Positions 29,272-37,512 of a stretch of DNA of 64,000 nucleotides are shown piece after piece. This DNA is from Terriglobales bacterium. GTDB lineage: Bacteria > Acidobacteriota > Terriglobia > Terriglobales > Acidobacteriaceae. Location of the stretch: assembly GCA_038205325.1 (NCBI GenBank), contig JBBRCA010000001.1, positions 4,603-68,602 of the forward strand. The letters run 5' to 3'. The notes beneath the pieces were generated by a model. That model saw nothing but the letters and a program-made list of their open reading frames with translations. It searched no databases and was not told the DNA's origin. Position 1 is the stretch's first letter. Every line of letters begins with the position of its first letter. Made by a program: the position numbers and the translations under genes.

Positions 29272-30384
29272 ATGATTATCGGAGTCCCCAAAGAAGTCAA
29301 AGACCACGAGAGCCGCGTCGGCATCACCCCTGCAGGCGTCAAAGCGCTCGTCGACGGCGGCCACAAAGTGCTGGTCGAAACCCAAGCTGGCCGCCTGTCC
29401 TCTTTCCCCGACGCCGACTATCAGGCCGTCGGCGCGGAGATCGTCGGCGAAGCCTCAAATGTCTGGGGCCACGCCGATATGGTCGTCAAAGTGAAGGAGC
29501 CCGTCGAAAAGGAGTACGTCCATTTTCGCGACGGCCTCGTGCTTTTTACCTATCTCCACCTTGCGCCGCTCAAGGCGCTGACCGATGCGCTGCTCGGGAA
29601 GAAGGTCACCGGCATCGCCTACGAGACCGTGAAGGACGCCGCAGGCACGCTTCCCTTGCTGACCCCGATGTCTGAAGTCGCCGGTCGTCTCTCGGTGCAG
29701 ATCGGCGCGGCGTATCTTGAAAAAGAGCATGGCGGGCGCGGTGTTCTGCTGGGCGGCGTCCCCGGAGTGTCGCCCGGTAACGTGTGCATTATCGGCGGCG
29801 GGATCGTTGGCACCAACGCGGCCAAGATTGCGCTGGGCATGGGCGCGAAAGTCACGCTCGTCGACCTGAATCTAAATCGTCTGCGCGAGCTCGACGACAT
29901 TTTTTCGGGCCGCATCTACACGCTGGCCTCGAACGCGTACAACGTCGAGCGCGCGGTCTGCGAAGCCGATCTGGTGATTGGCGGTGTGCTGATTCCCGGA
30001 GCGGCCGCGCCCAAGATCGTCACCCGCGCCATGGTGGCGAAGATGAAGAAGGGCGCGGTGATCGTCGATGTGGCCATCGATCAGGGTGGGTGCATCGAAA
30101 CCGCGCGCCCCACAACGCACTCCGACCCCAGTTACGAAGTTGACGGTGTGGTCCACTACTGCGTTACCAACATGCCCGCCGCCGTGCCCAACACCAGCAC
30201 ACTTGCGCTTACCAATGCGACGCTGCCCTACGTCCGCCAACTCGCGAAGCTCGGAGCAGCAGCTGCGATCAAAGCCAATTTCGGAATCGCGGAAGGCGTG
30301 AACACGTACAACGGGCATCTCACCTACAAGGCGGTCGCCGAAGGCCAGAAGCGCGAGTTCCGCGCTCTGGCTGACGTTTTGTAA
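29272..30384 (+). CDS. ald: Alanine dehydrogenase
   Basis: IGVPKEVKDHESRV, KVKEP, LFTYLHLA, PMSEVAG, GGGIVG, DVAIDQGG, VTNMP. Confidence 0.97.
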   Translation: MIIGVPKEVKDHESRVGITPAGVKALVDGGHKVLVETQAGRLSSFPDADYQAVGAEIVGEASNVWGHADMVVKVKEPVEKEYVHFRDGLVLFTYLHLAPLKALTDALLGKKVTGIAYETVKDAAGTLPLLTPMSEVAGRLSVQIGAAYLEKEHGGRGVLLGGVPGVSPGNVCIIGGGIVGTNAAKIALGMGAKVTLVDLNLNRLRELDDIFSGRIYTLASNAYNVERAVCEADLVIGGVLIPGAAAPKIVTRAMVAKMKKGAVIVDVAIDQGGCIETARPTTHSDPSYEVDGVVHYCVTNMPAAVPNTSTLALTNATLPYVRQLAKLGAAAAIKANFGIAEGVNTYNGHLTYKAVAEGQKREFRALADVL

Positions 30385-30404
30385 CTCCGCCAAGGAGGTA
30401 TGCA

Positions 30405-30932
30405 ATGCCACGCATCGTTGCCGCAATACTTGTGGTTGCCCTGGGATCCTATCTCCCCACGGTTGCCACCTCGCAGGCCGAGCGCCGTAGCGACGACCAC
30501 GGCGCAATGGACACCCGGCACGCCACGTTCGATATTTCATCCTTGAACGGCGTGCCGGTTTCCGGGAAGACCAATGCGCGGCCTGGACTCGACTACGAAG
30601 CGGCGGTCAGTGTGACGGTCGAGCACAAACTGGTGACCCTCCACAGGGTCATCGTCGACCGCACACGAGGCCTCTACTTCGGTTACGACCTGGTAGTCGA
30701 ACGCGTTACGAATCAACCTCTCGTGCACCTGCACTTCGCACCGCTGTCTTCTCTGCAAACCTTCAAGGGCATTCAGTTTGATTCGCTTTCCCCAGGAGTA
30801 TCGCCTGCGCCGTTGCAAGATAAGACCGTGGACCTCAATGCGCATGTCGCGCTTCCATTGGAAAATGCTCAGGACGGCACGGCCCTCATCACCGACGAGC
30901 TACGATTTGGCGGGGATGTCCCAGCTAGCTGA
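30405..30932 (+). CDS. Exported hypothetical protein
   Basis: AAGGAGG RBS, signal peptide, beta-rich sequence. Family not recognised. Confidence 0.7.
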   Translation: MPRIVAAILVVALGSYLPTVATSQAERRSDDHGAMDTRHATFDISSLNGVPVSGKTNARPGLDYEAAVSVTVEHKLVTLHRVIVDRTRGLYFGYDLVVERVTNQPLVHLHFAPLSSLQTFKGIQFDSLSPGVSPAPLQDKTVDLNAHVALPLENAQDGTALITDELRFGGDVPAS

Positions 30933-30964
30933 TTCCACGTGCGTAAACAGGTAAACTTCTTCGC

Positions 30965-33382
30965 ATGGGTACAGCGGCAGGCCGGCGTCGGGTTTTCGTG
31001 GTCGCGCTGGGCGTGTCGCTGCTGGTGTTGGGGCTCGCGCTCGCCACCCTCAACGCCTTCAACCTGAACTTCCTCAACCCCGCGTCGCCGACGCAGACGC
31101 TGGTTTTCATTGCCCTTTCGACAGTCTCGTTTCTGCTCTTCGTCGGCGTGCTTGTGCTGTTGGTTCGCAACGTTCTCAAGCTCTACCAGGACCAGCGCTC
31201 ACGCGTTCTCGGCACGCGCCTGCGCACGCGGATGTTGTGGGGAGCCGTGCTGGTCTCGGTGGTTCCGCTGGTCTTTATGTTCGCCTTCAGCTATCTGCTG
31301 ATGAACCGCGCCGTCGACCGTTGGTTCTCACAGCCGGTTACGCAGATGCGCGACAACTCCAACAGAATGGCCGCCGAACTCACCGGGTACGCCGCCGCCA
31401 ACGCCCGCTCCGAAGCCGACTCCATCGCTGTCGGCGTGGCCAATATGCCTCCACGTTTGGACGGTGCTCCGGTGCGCGCTGCACGCAGGCAGACGCACGG
31501 AAAGGAAAAGACCGCCCCGACCGAACACGATGCGATCCTGGCCGAACTGCGACGCCACGAGATCACCCTACAGGGCGGCTTTGCCATCGTCTATCGCGAT
31601 AAACGGTCCATCGCCTCGCTGCACGTGCCGCTGAGCGAGGGCCACGTCGCGCAGCTCAAAGCGCTCAAACCTGCCTCTACTGCAACAGACGAAAATCCTT
31701 CCGGCGAATCGGCCATCGAATCGGTTCCGGTCCCCGGCCCGCAAGAGGCCGCCATCCTGCAAGTTGCGCAGCGCAACGACGGCGCGATCTACAGCCTGGG
31801 TGCGGTCGATTACACTCTCGCGACGGCGGGCATGAAGCGCGGAGGCATTGTGGTCGTCGGCCTGCCCATTTCTCCCGGCATCGCCGCCACAACCCTCAGC
31901 CTGCGCGCCGCTTCCGACGCCTACTGGACGCTGTTTCGCGAGCGCCGCATCATCCGCAACCTGTACATGTTTCTGCTGCTGCTGATGACCGCCCTCGCGC
32001 TCTTCGCCAGTTGCTGGTTGGCGCTCAACGTCGCCAAGCAAGTCACGCGGCCCGTAGAGTCGCTCGCCGACGCCATGGAAGCTATCGCTGCCGGCGATTA
32101 CGCCCGCCGCGTCGGCGAATCGGCCACTGAAGAACTCGGCGAACTCGTGGACAGCTTCAACGCCATGGCCACCGACCTTGAGTCTTCGCGCGCGCTCGCC
32201 GAACAATCCACGGCACAACTTTCCGAAGCCAACATCGCTCTGCAAGCCCGCCGCACCGAGCTCGAAACCATCATCGAAACCATCCCCAATGGCGTCGTCA
32301 CGCTTTCGTCCGATGAGCGCATCGTGGTCGCCAACCGCGCGTTCTCAGAGCTGCTCGACCCCGGCGGACAGAAGCATTTCCGCGGCGCCGCGCTCGGCGA
32401 TGTCTTTCCCCGCGACGTCACGGACTCGCTCAATCGCCTGCTGCGTCGTTCGCACCGCATGGGCAGCGCGTCGGCCGAAATGCAGATGTCGTCGAGCTCC
32501 GGAGTCGTCCATCTTTCCGCGACCATCGCGCTGCTCGAAAGCACAGGGTCTGCCGCGCGGCAGCATCTCGGCTACGTCCTCGTGCTTGAAAACGTGACCG
32601 AACTGCTGCGCGCGCAGAAGCAAAGCGCGTGGAAAGAAGTTGCGCGTCGCGTTGCCCACGAGATCAAGAATCCGCTCACGCCGATTTCACTCAACGCTGA
32701 ACAAATCCGCCGCCATATCGACCGCCTGGCCCCTCTGCTCCTCGAACACGGGATCGAAAGCACGTCTCCCACTGTCATCCATCGCGGCTCGGAGATCATC
32801 ACAGCCTCGGTTGAAACCATGCGCTCGCTGGTCGACCAATTCTCCGCGCTGGCGCAATTTCCAAGCGCCCGCCCGCATCCCGCCGACCTCAACACCATCG
32901 TCGAAAATTCGCTGGCGTTGTTCGCTGGCCGAATGACGAACATTCGGGTCGTCCGCAAACTTGCACCTAACCTGCCTCTGGTGCTGGCCGATCCCGAAGC
33001 TCTCAAGCGAGCGCTCTCCAACCTGATCGACAACGCCGCCGAAGCCATGCACGATTCCCTGCTGCGAGAGATGTACATTTCTACACGCCTGCTCGACTCC
33101 GGCATGGTCGAGCTTTGCGTCGCGGACACCGGCCCCGGCCTCACCGACGAGATGCGCGAGCGCCTCTTCCTGCCCTACTTCTCCACCAAACAGCGCGGCA
33201 CCGGTCTCGGCCTCTCCATTGCCGCGCAGATTTTGCAAGAGCATCAAGGCTCCATCCGCGCCGAGAAAAACACACCCGCAGGCGCGAAGTTCATCATGGA
33301 ACTCCGCCCCGCATCCAACGAAGGCGACTTGCCCGACGCAAACGCCACCGCATTCATCCCCATCGAAGAAGCTGTCCGATGA
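30965..33382 (+). CDS. NtrY-like sensor histidine kinase (TM, HAMP, PAS, HisKA, HATPase)
   Basis: AWKEVARRVAHEIKNPLTPI, NLIDNA, DTGPG, FSTKQRGTGLGL. Confidence 0.92.
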   Translation: MGTAAGRRRVFVVALGVSLLVLGLALATLNAFNLNFLNPASPTQTLVFIALSTVSFLLFVGVLVLLVRNVLKLYQDQRSRVLGTRLRTRMLWGAVLVSVVPLVFMFAFSYLLMNRAVDRWFSQPVTQMRDNSNRMAAELTGYAAANARSEADSIAVGVANMPPRLDGAPVRAARRQTHGKEKTAPTEHDAILAELRRHEITLQGGFAIVYRDKRSIASLHVPLSEGHVAQLKALKPASTATDENPSGESAIESVPVPGPQEAAILQVAQRNDGAIYSLGAVDYTLATAGMKRGGIVVVGLPISPGIAATTLSLRAASDAYWTLFRERRIIRNLYMFLLLLMTALALFASCWLALNVAKQVTRPVESLADAMEAIAAGDYARRVGESATEELGELVDSFNAMATDLESSRALAEQSTAQLSEANIALQARRTELETIIETIPNGVVTLSSDERIVVANRAFSELLDPGGQKHFRGAALGDVFPRDVTDSLNRLLRRSHRMGSASAEMQMSSSSGVVHLSATIALLESTGSAARQHLGYVLVLENVTELLRAQKQSAWKEVARRVAHEIKNPLTPISLNAEQIRRHIDRLAPLLLEHGIESTSPTVIHRGSEIITASVETMRSLVDQFSALAQFPSARPHPADLNTIVENSLALFAGRMTNIRVVRKLAPNLPLVLADPEALKRALSNLIDNAAEAMHDSLLREMYISTRLLDSGMVELCVADTGPGLTDEMRERLFLPYFSTKQRGTGLGLSIAAQILQEHQGSIRAEKNTPAGAKFIMELRPASNEGDLPDANATAFIPIEEAVR

Positions 33383-33432
33383 TGACAGCTTCTCTCTAAC
33401 CCTCTACCTGCTACGCTCTACACTCTGCCATC

Positions 33433-34830
33433 ATGAACCACGTTCTGATCGTCGACGACGAAGCCGACATCCGCGACTCGCTGGAGGGTATCCTGCGCGA
33501 AGAGGACTACGCCGTCACCACCACTGGGAGCGCCACCGAAGCCCTCGCCCTGCTGCGCGATGCGCCCTATGAGGCGGTGCTGCTCGACATCTGGCTGCCC
33601 GACGGCGACGGCCTCGACGTGCTCGCCAAAATCAAAGGTGAAAACCCTGCTCAGCCTCTCGCCGATTCGCCCGAGGTCATCATGATCTCCGGCCACGGGA
33701 CCATCGAAGCAGCGGTGCGCGCGACCAAACTCGGCGCGTACGACTTCCTCGAAAAGCCGCTCTCGCTCGACCGCACGCTGCTGGTTCTGCGCAATGCTAT
33801 CAAGGCCCACCAACTCCGCGAAGACAATCAGGAGTTCGCACGCCAACTCGCCGGCAAAGGCCCCGTCACCGGCCAGTCGGTGCCGATGAAAGCGCTTCGC
33901 CAGCAAATCAAATTGATGGCGCCCACCAACGGTCGCGTGCTCATCTACGGGGAGTCGGGCACGGGCAAGGAACTCATCGCGCGCGCGATGCACGCCGAAT
34001 CGCTGCGCCGCGAGCGGGTTTTCGTCGAGCTCAACTGCGCCGCCATCCCCGAAGACTTTATCGAAACCGAACTCTTCGGCTACCGCCATGGCGCAGGCGG
34101 CCCTGGCCAGCCCGCCGAAAAACGCGGAACATTTGAGCGCGCCGACGGCGGCACATTGTTCCTCGATGAGGTTGGCGACATGAGCCTGAAAACCCAGGCG
34201 AAGGTGCTGCGGGCGTTGGACGAGCAGCGCTTCTACCCGGTTGGCGCCTCCACGCCGGTCCACATTGACGCGCGCGTCATCGCCGCCACCAACAAAGACC
34301 TCGAAGAAGAAATCGCGCGCGGCAACTTCCGCGAAGACCTCTTCTACCGCCTCAACGTCATTCCGTTTTTCGTTCCTCCACTGCGCGAGCGCAAGGAAGA
34401 TATTCCTCTGCTGGTGAAGGAGTTCCTGCACGATCTCGGCACGCAATACGGCCGCCCGCGCGTCGAAATCTCCGACGCCGCGCTCACGCAACTGAAGTCC
34501 TATCATTGGCCTGGCAACGTTCGCGAGCTGCGCAACGTCATCGAGCGCGTCCTGATCCTCAATCCGAAAGCGACGCGCCTCGAACCTAAACACCTGCCCA
34601 TGCTGGTGCAGCGCACGGATGGTGTTGCCGGAACCGCCGCCGGGCGCGGCGCGAACCGCGAAGAGTTTACGACGCTGCTGCAAGCCCGCGAAGCCTACGA
34701 GCGCGACTACATCCTCAAGGAAATCGATCGCTCGCACGGCAACGTGACCCGCGCCGCAGAAGCGCTCGGCCTCGAACGCTCGCACCTCTATCGCAAGATG
34801 AAAGCGCTCGGCATCAGCGTCGGGGAGTGA
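33433..34830 (+). CDS. NtrX-like sigma-54 AAA+ response regulator
   Basis: Receiver domain (LLDIWLPD), GESGTGKE, LFLDEVGD, GNFREDLFYRLN, WPGNVREL, Fis-type HTH. The GAFTGA loop is degenerate (YRHGAGG), as in NtrX. Confidence 0.92.
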   Translation: MNHVLIVDDEADIRDSLEGILREEDYAVTTTGSATEALALLRDAPYEAVLLDIWLPDGDGLDVLAKIKGENPAQPLADSPEVIMISGHGTIEAAVRATKLGAYDFLEKPLSLDRTLLVLRNAIKAHQLREDNQEFARQLAGKGPVTGQSVPMKALRQQIKLMAPTNGRVLIYGESGTGKELIARAMHAESLRRERVFVELNCAAIPEDFIETELFGYRHGAGGPGQPAEKRGTFERADGGTLFLDEVGDMSLKTQAKVLRALDEQRFYPVGASTPVHIDARVIAATNKDLEEEIARGNFREDLFYRLNVIPFFVPPLRERKEDIPLLVKEFLHDLGTQYGRPRVEISDAALTQLKSYHWPGNVRELRNVIERVLILNPKATRLEPKHLPMLVQRTDGVAGTAAGRGANREEFTTLLQAREAYERDYILKEIDRSHGNVTRAAEALGLERSHLYRKMKALGISVGE

Positions 34831-35058
34831 CATCTGCTGCGGGCAAAGTTGGCCTAGAAGCGCGCGGTAAGTCCACCGCTCACCGTTAGGCCGTGCTGGG
34901 AGTGGCCGGTCACCGGAACGAAAAATATCGGCTCTCTCAGCGCATAGAAATCCCGAAATTCACCCCGCAATCCGATGGGTACGAACAGGTGAAGCGGGGT
35001 CTTTACATCCACGCCGCCGCCAAATTGTAAAACGCCAGTGTGCGTATGAATTGTCGGA

Positions 35059-36064
35059 GATGATTATCCAGTTAGCTCAGGCGTAGCGATAAGTTGTTTG
35101 TAGGTAATGGTTTGTGTGCCTAGGGTGGCCCTGATGAGCCTTTCCAGCAGGTCCGGTTCCATGGTTCTGCGATTGAGCCTGTAGTTGAATTCCGCGACGT
35201 AGCCTTCGAGGTGTTTGGCTTCGACCGCATGGTGGGTTCCGAGTAGGAAGCGTTTGAGGTTGGCCAGCGCGATGTGGACCCAGGGAAACAGTTTGTGAGC
35301 CGGTTCCGGCTGGCCAGAAATCGGGATGGCCGTGTGCTCGAAACCATGTTCCTGGACCTGCCAGTAGCCGCTCCAGCCGTCGGTCAGCACCTGGCTTCCG
35401 GGTCGCACCTTGTCGCTCAAGAAACCGTTCAGGCTCTTGCCGGCGGCGTCGGGCAGAACGCGCAGCGCGGCAAAGCCCGGCACCGGCGGCCTTCCCGGCT
35501 GGCCCTGGGCGCGGTGCTCGACGGCGACCGCGACCACGGCCTTGTCCTGGCCGCCGCGTCCACGCCTGCCGCCCTCTTCGACCCCGCCCACATAGCCTTC
35601 GTCGACTTCGACCACGCCGCCCAGGGTATAGCCGCGGTCGCGGTCAGCCATCGCCTTGCGGATCTTGTGCTGCATCATCCACGCGGTCTGATAGCAGACG
35701 CCGATCTCCTTGCTCAACTGCACCGCCGAGATGCCCTTCTTGCCGTGACTCATGCGGTAGATGGCCCAGAACCAGCTCGACAAGGGCGTGCGCGTCTTGT
35801 GAAAGACGGTTCCCGCCGTCACCGAGCACTGATAGCCGCAGCGCGCGCATTCATGCACCCGACGCGACGCGATGTAGCCCCGGCTCACGCCATCGCAACC
35901 TGGACACCGGAACCCGTCCGGCCAGCGCTGCCGCGACAACTGTGCACCGCACTGAGACTCCTCGCCAAACCGCAACCGAAACTCCCGCACCGTCAGCATT
36001 CCACTCTTCTTCATGCCCAATAGAATATCGCCTTTTCATCGCCTGAGCAAGATGGATAATCATC
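35059..36064 (-). mobile_element. IS1595-family (ISXO2-like) insertion sequence, 1006 bp
   Basis: Terminal IRs GATGATTATCCAGTTAGCTCAGGCG (35059-35083) and the reverse complement of 36040-36064 match at 22/25. Flanked by the 8-bp duplication TTGTCGGA (35051-35058, 36065-36072). Confidence 0.95.
35064..36014 (-). CDS. IS1595-family transposase
   Basis: N-terminal Zn ribbon (RWPDGFRCPGC...ECARC), TAGTVFHKT, DDE motifs VEVDEGYVG, TDGWSGY, YVAEFNYRLN. Confidence 0.95.
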   Translation of the reverse strand: MKKSGMLTVREFRLRFGEESQCGAQLSRQRWPDGFRCPGCDGVSRGYIASRRVHECARCGYQCSVTAGTVFHKTRTPLSSWFWAIYRMSHGKKGISAVQLSKEIGVCYQTAWMMQHKIRKAMADRDRGYTLGGVVEVDEGYVGGVEEGGRRGRGGQDKAVVAVAVEHRAQGQPGRPPVPGFAALRVLPDAAGKSLNGFLSDKVRPGSQVLTDGWSGYWQVQEHGFEHTAIPISGQPEPAHKLFPWVHIALANLKRFLLGTHHAVEAKHLEGYVAEFNYRLNRRTMEPDLLERLIRATLGTQTITYKQLIATPELTG

Positions 36065-36776
36065 TTGTCGGATTGCTCGCGCCCCCGAACAAGCGGTCGC
36101 TGGTCTCAAACAAGCCGTACCCTCCGCCCGCCGAAATCCAGGGTGTCAAGGCGTGGCCGAGAGGAAACGCCAGACGCGCGGATGGAGTGACGTAGAACGT
36201 CGCGTTGCTGGTGGGCAGGAGCGCATTTCCGTTCGTGAGTCGATGGTTCGGCCCGACCAGCGCGGGCACGTCCAGCCACAATTCGCTATGACGAAAGGAA
36301 TGAACTTCCCGGCCATAGTTGAGTTCGAGCGACATGCTGCTGCTGTTCACAATCTCCTTCGTTCCGTTCCCCGAAGCGACCGCCAGCGCATTGGAGGGTA
36401 GGAACTCGCCACCAATTGTGAAGCCGAGCAGATTTTTCCCGTCCTGCGCTCCGGCGACAAATGGAACCATGCTCGAGAGAACAAGACACGAAATTGGAAT
36501 CCGACGGACGAGAGCAAAACGACGGTAAAGAGCACTCATGTGTCTTGGATTCCTCCGTGTCACAAAGGTGAGGGAGAATTCCGGAACGTGTCCGCCACCC
36601 AGTGCGTGGCCCCCGCACTCTTTATGCAACAGTCCGGCGGAGGGTCTCTTGATGTCGACCGCTTTAATCCACACATGTTCATAGATTTGCAGTTGCATGC
36701 ACAGGTGGAGCGCGCCTAAGGTACTTTTTAGCTGATGTCGCGCAGTAAGTCAGCAATCGAACCGATGGCAGACTTG

Positions 36777-36898
36777 GAGGATCGACGACCGACGCGAGTC
36801 GGAAACCGGTCATCCAACCCACCAGAGGATCAATTGCCGACGGAGTCGAATATTAGTCAACGGAAGAGCCACGGGATGCAATATCCGACGCGAGTCGG
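36777..36898 (+). repeat. Three ~48-bp-period units with CCGAC-GCGA-GTCGG hairpin core
   Basis: Cores at 36789 (CCGACGCGAGTCGG), 36837 (CCGACGGAGTCGAA) and 36885 (CCGACGCGAGTCGG). GAGGATC at 36777 and 36825. Confidence 0.7.
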
Positions 36899-36961
36899 AG
36901 GTTGTCCAGCGGCAGACGCTGAAGACGCAATGTCCGGCCACACTGCGAGATTGTCAATGAT

Positions 36962-36999
36962 GAAAGCGCCAGAGATCGCAAGGTTTCTGGCGTTTTCGT
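36962..36999 (+). terminator. Terminator-like hairpin with GCAA tetraloop
   Basis: 16-bp stem GAAAGCGCCAGAGATC/GGTTTCTGGCGTTTTC with 3 G.U pairs, followed by T-rich sequence. Confidence 0.7.
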
Positions 37000-37049
37000 T
37001 TGTGCCGGGCGTCTAGCTGGGGGACGCCGCAGCGGGCCGGTTGTCTGCG

Positions 37050-37500
37050 TTATTTCCAGGTGAGCGGCACGTCGTACAGAGGAAAATTGGCATCGCCGAC
37101 AAGATCTGCGAGTCGAGAGGGAATTTCACTTTTCCCGGGAAGATGGAACCATTCAACGTGAGTTGCTCGATCTCCTTATCCATCGCAGCCACTACCTCGT
37201 CGGTCGGGACAGGGAGAAGTCCCTCGCCCGCTCAAGCTGATCTTTTCGGCTGACGCGATCCACCCGATCCGCGGCGAGGATGCCCTTGCCAATCTTCTTC
37301 GCTAGAGCGGGGCACAGTCGAAACCACGAGCTGAGAGTGGGGCCGTCGGCCAGCGCGACCATGACCTCTTCGCCACGGGCCGCGGCGGACGCTAGTCCGG
37401 CGAATTGGGTCTCGGCGTATTGGACGCCGACTTTCGTAAGCTTATCGCAGGCGGACTGAATCGGTGTAGAGAGAATTGTGATGAGAGTGTGTTCGGACCG
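37050..37500 (-). pseudogene. Degraded, frameshifted gene remnant (unknown family)
   Basis: Protein-like segments in different frames (LTKVGVQYAETQFAGLASAAARGEEVMVALADG...; GEGLLPVPTDEVVAAMDKEIEQL...DVPLTWK*). No start codon identified. Confidence 0.4.
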
Positions 37501-37512
37501 GCTGCTGGTGGC

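Larger units (their letters stand above)
34854..36539 (-). pseudogene. Outer-membrane beta-barrel-like gene interrupted by IS1595 element
   Basis: N-part 36539-36065 (signal peptide ...AGAQ, then LGFTIGG...GGGYGLFETS). C-part 35058-34854 reads IHTHTGVLQFGGGVDV...SGGLTARF*. Removing the IS plus one TSD copy restores a single frame ending in Phe. Confidence 0.88.

Noticed and set aside
33418-34833. Long antisense ORFs (e.g. 33418-34833, 41570-43534, 25095-27071, 17620-19272, 8368-9837)
   Set aside because: They are shadows of well-supported high-GC genes on the opposite strand and carry no recognisable motifs.
36777-36898. CRISPR array
   Set aside because: Only three units with a 14-bp core, one degenerate. 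This is too short for CRISPR repeats, and there is no cas gene or leader. Kept as an unexplained hairpin array.
36735-37016. 93-aa ORF with PTRVG repeats as a RiPP precursor or small protein
   Set aside because: No clear RBS and no modifying enzymes nearby. The repeat is better explained by DNA/RNA palindromes. Not fully excluded.
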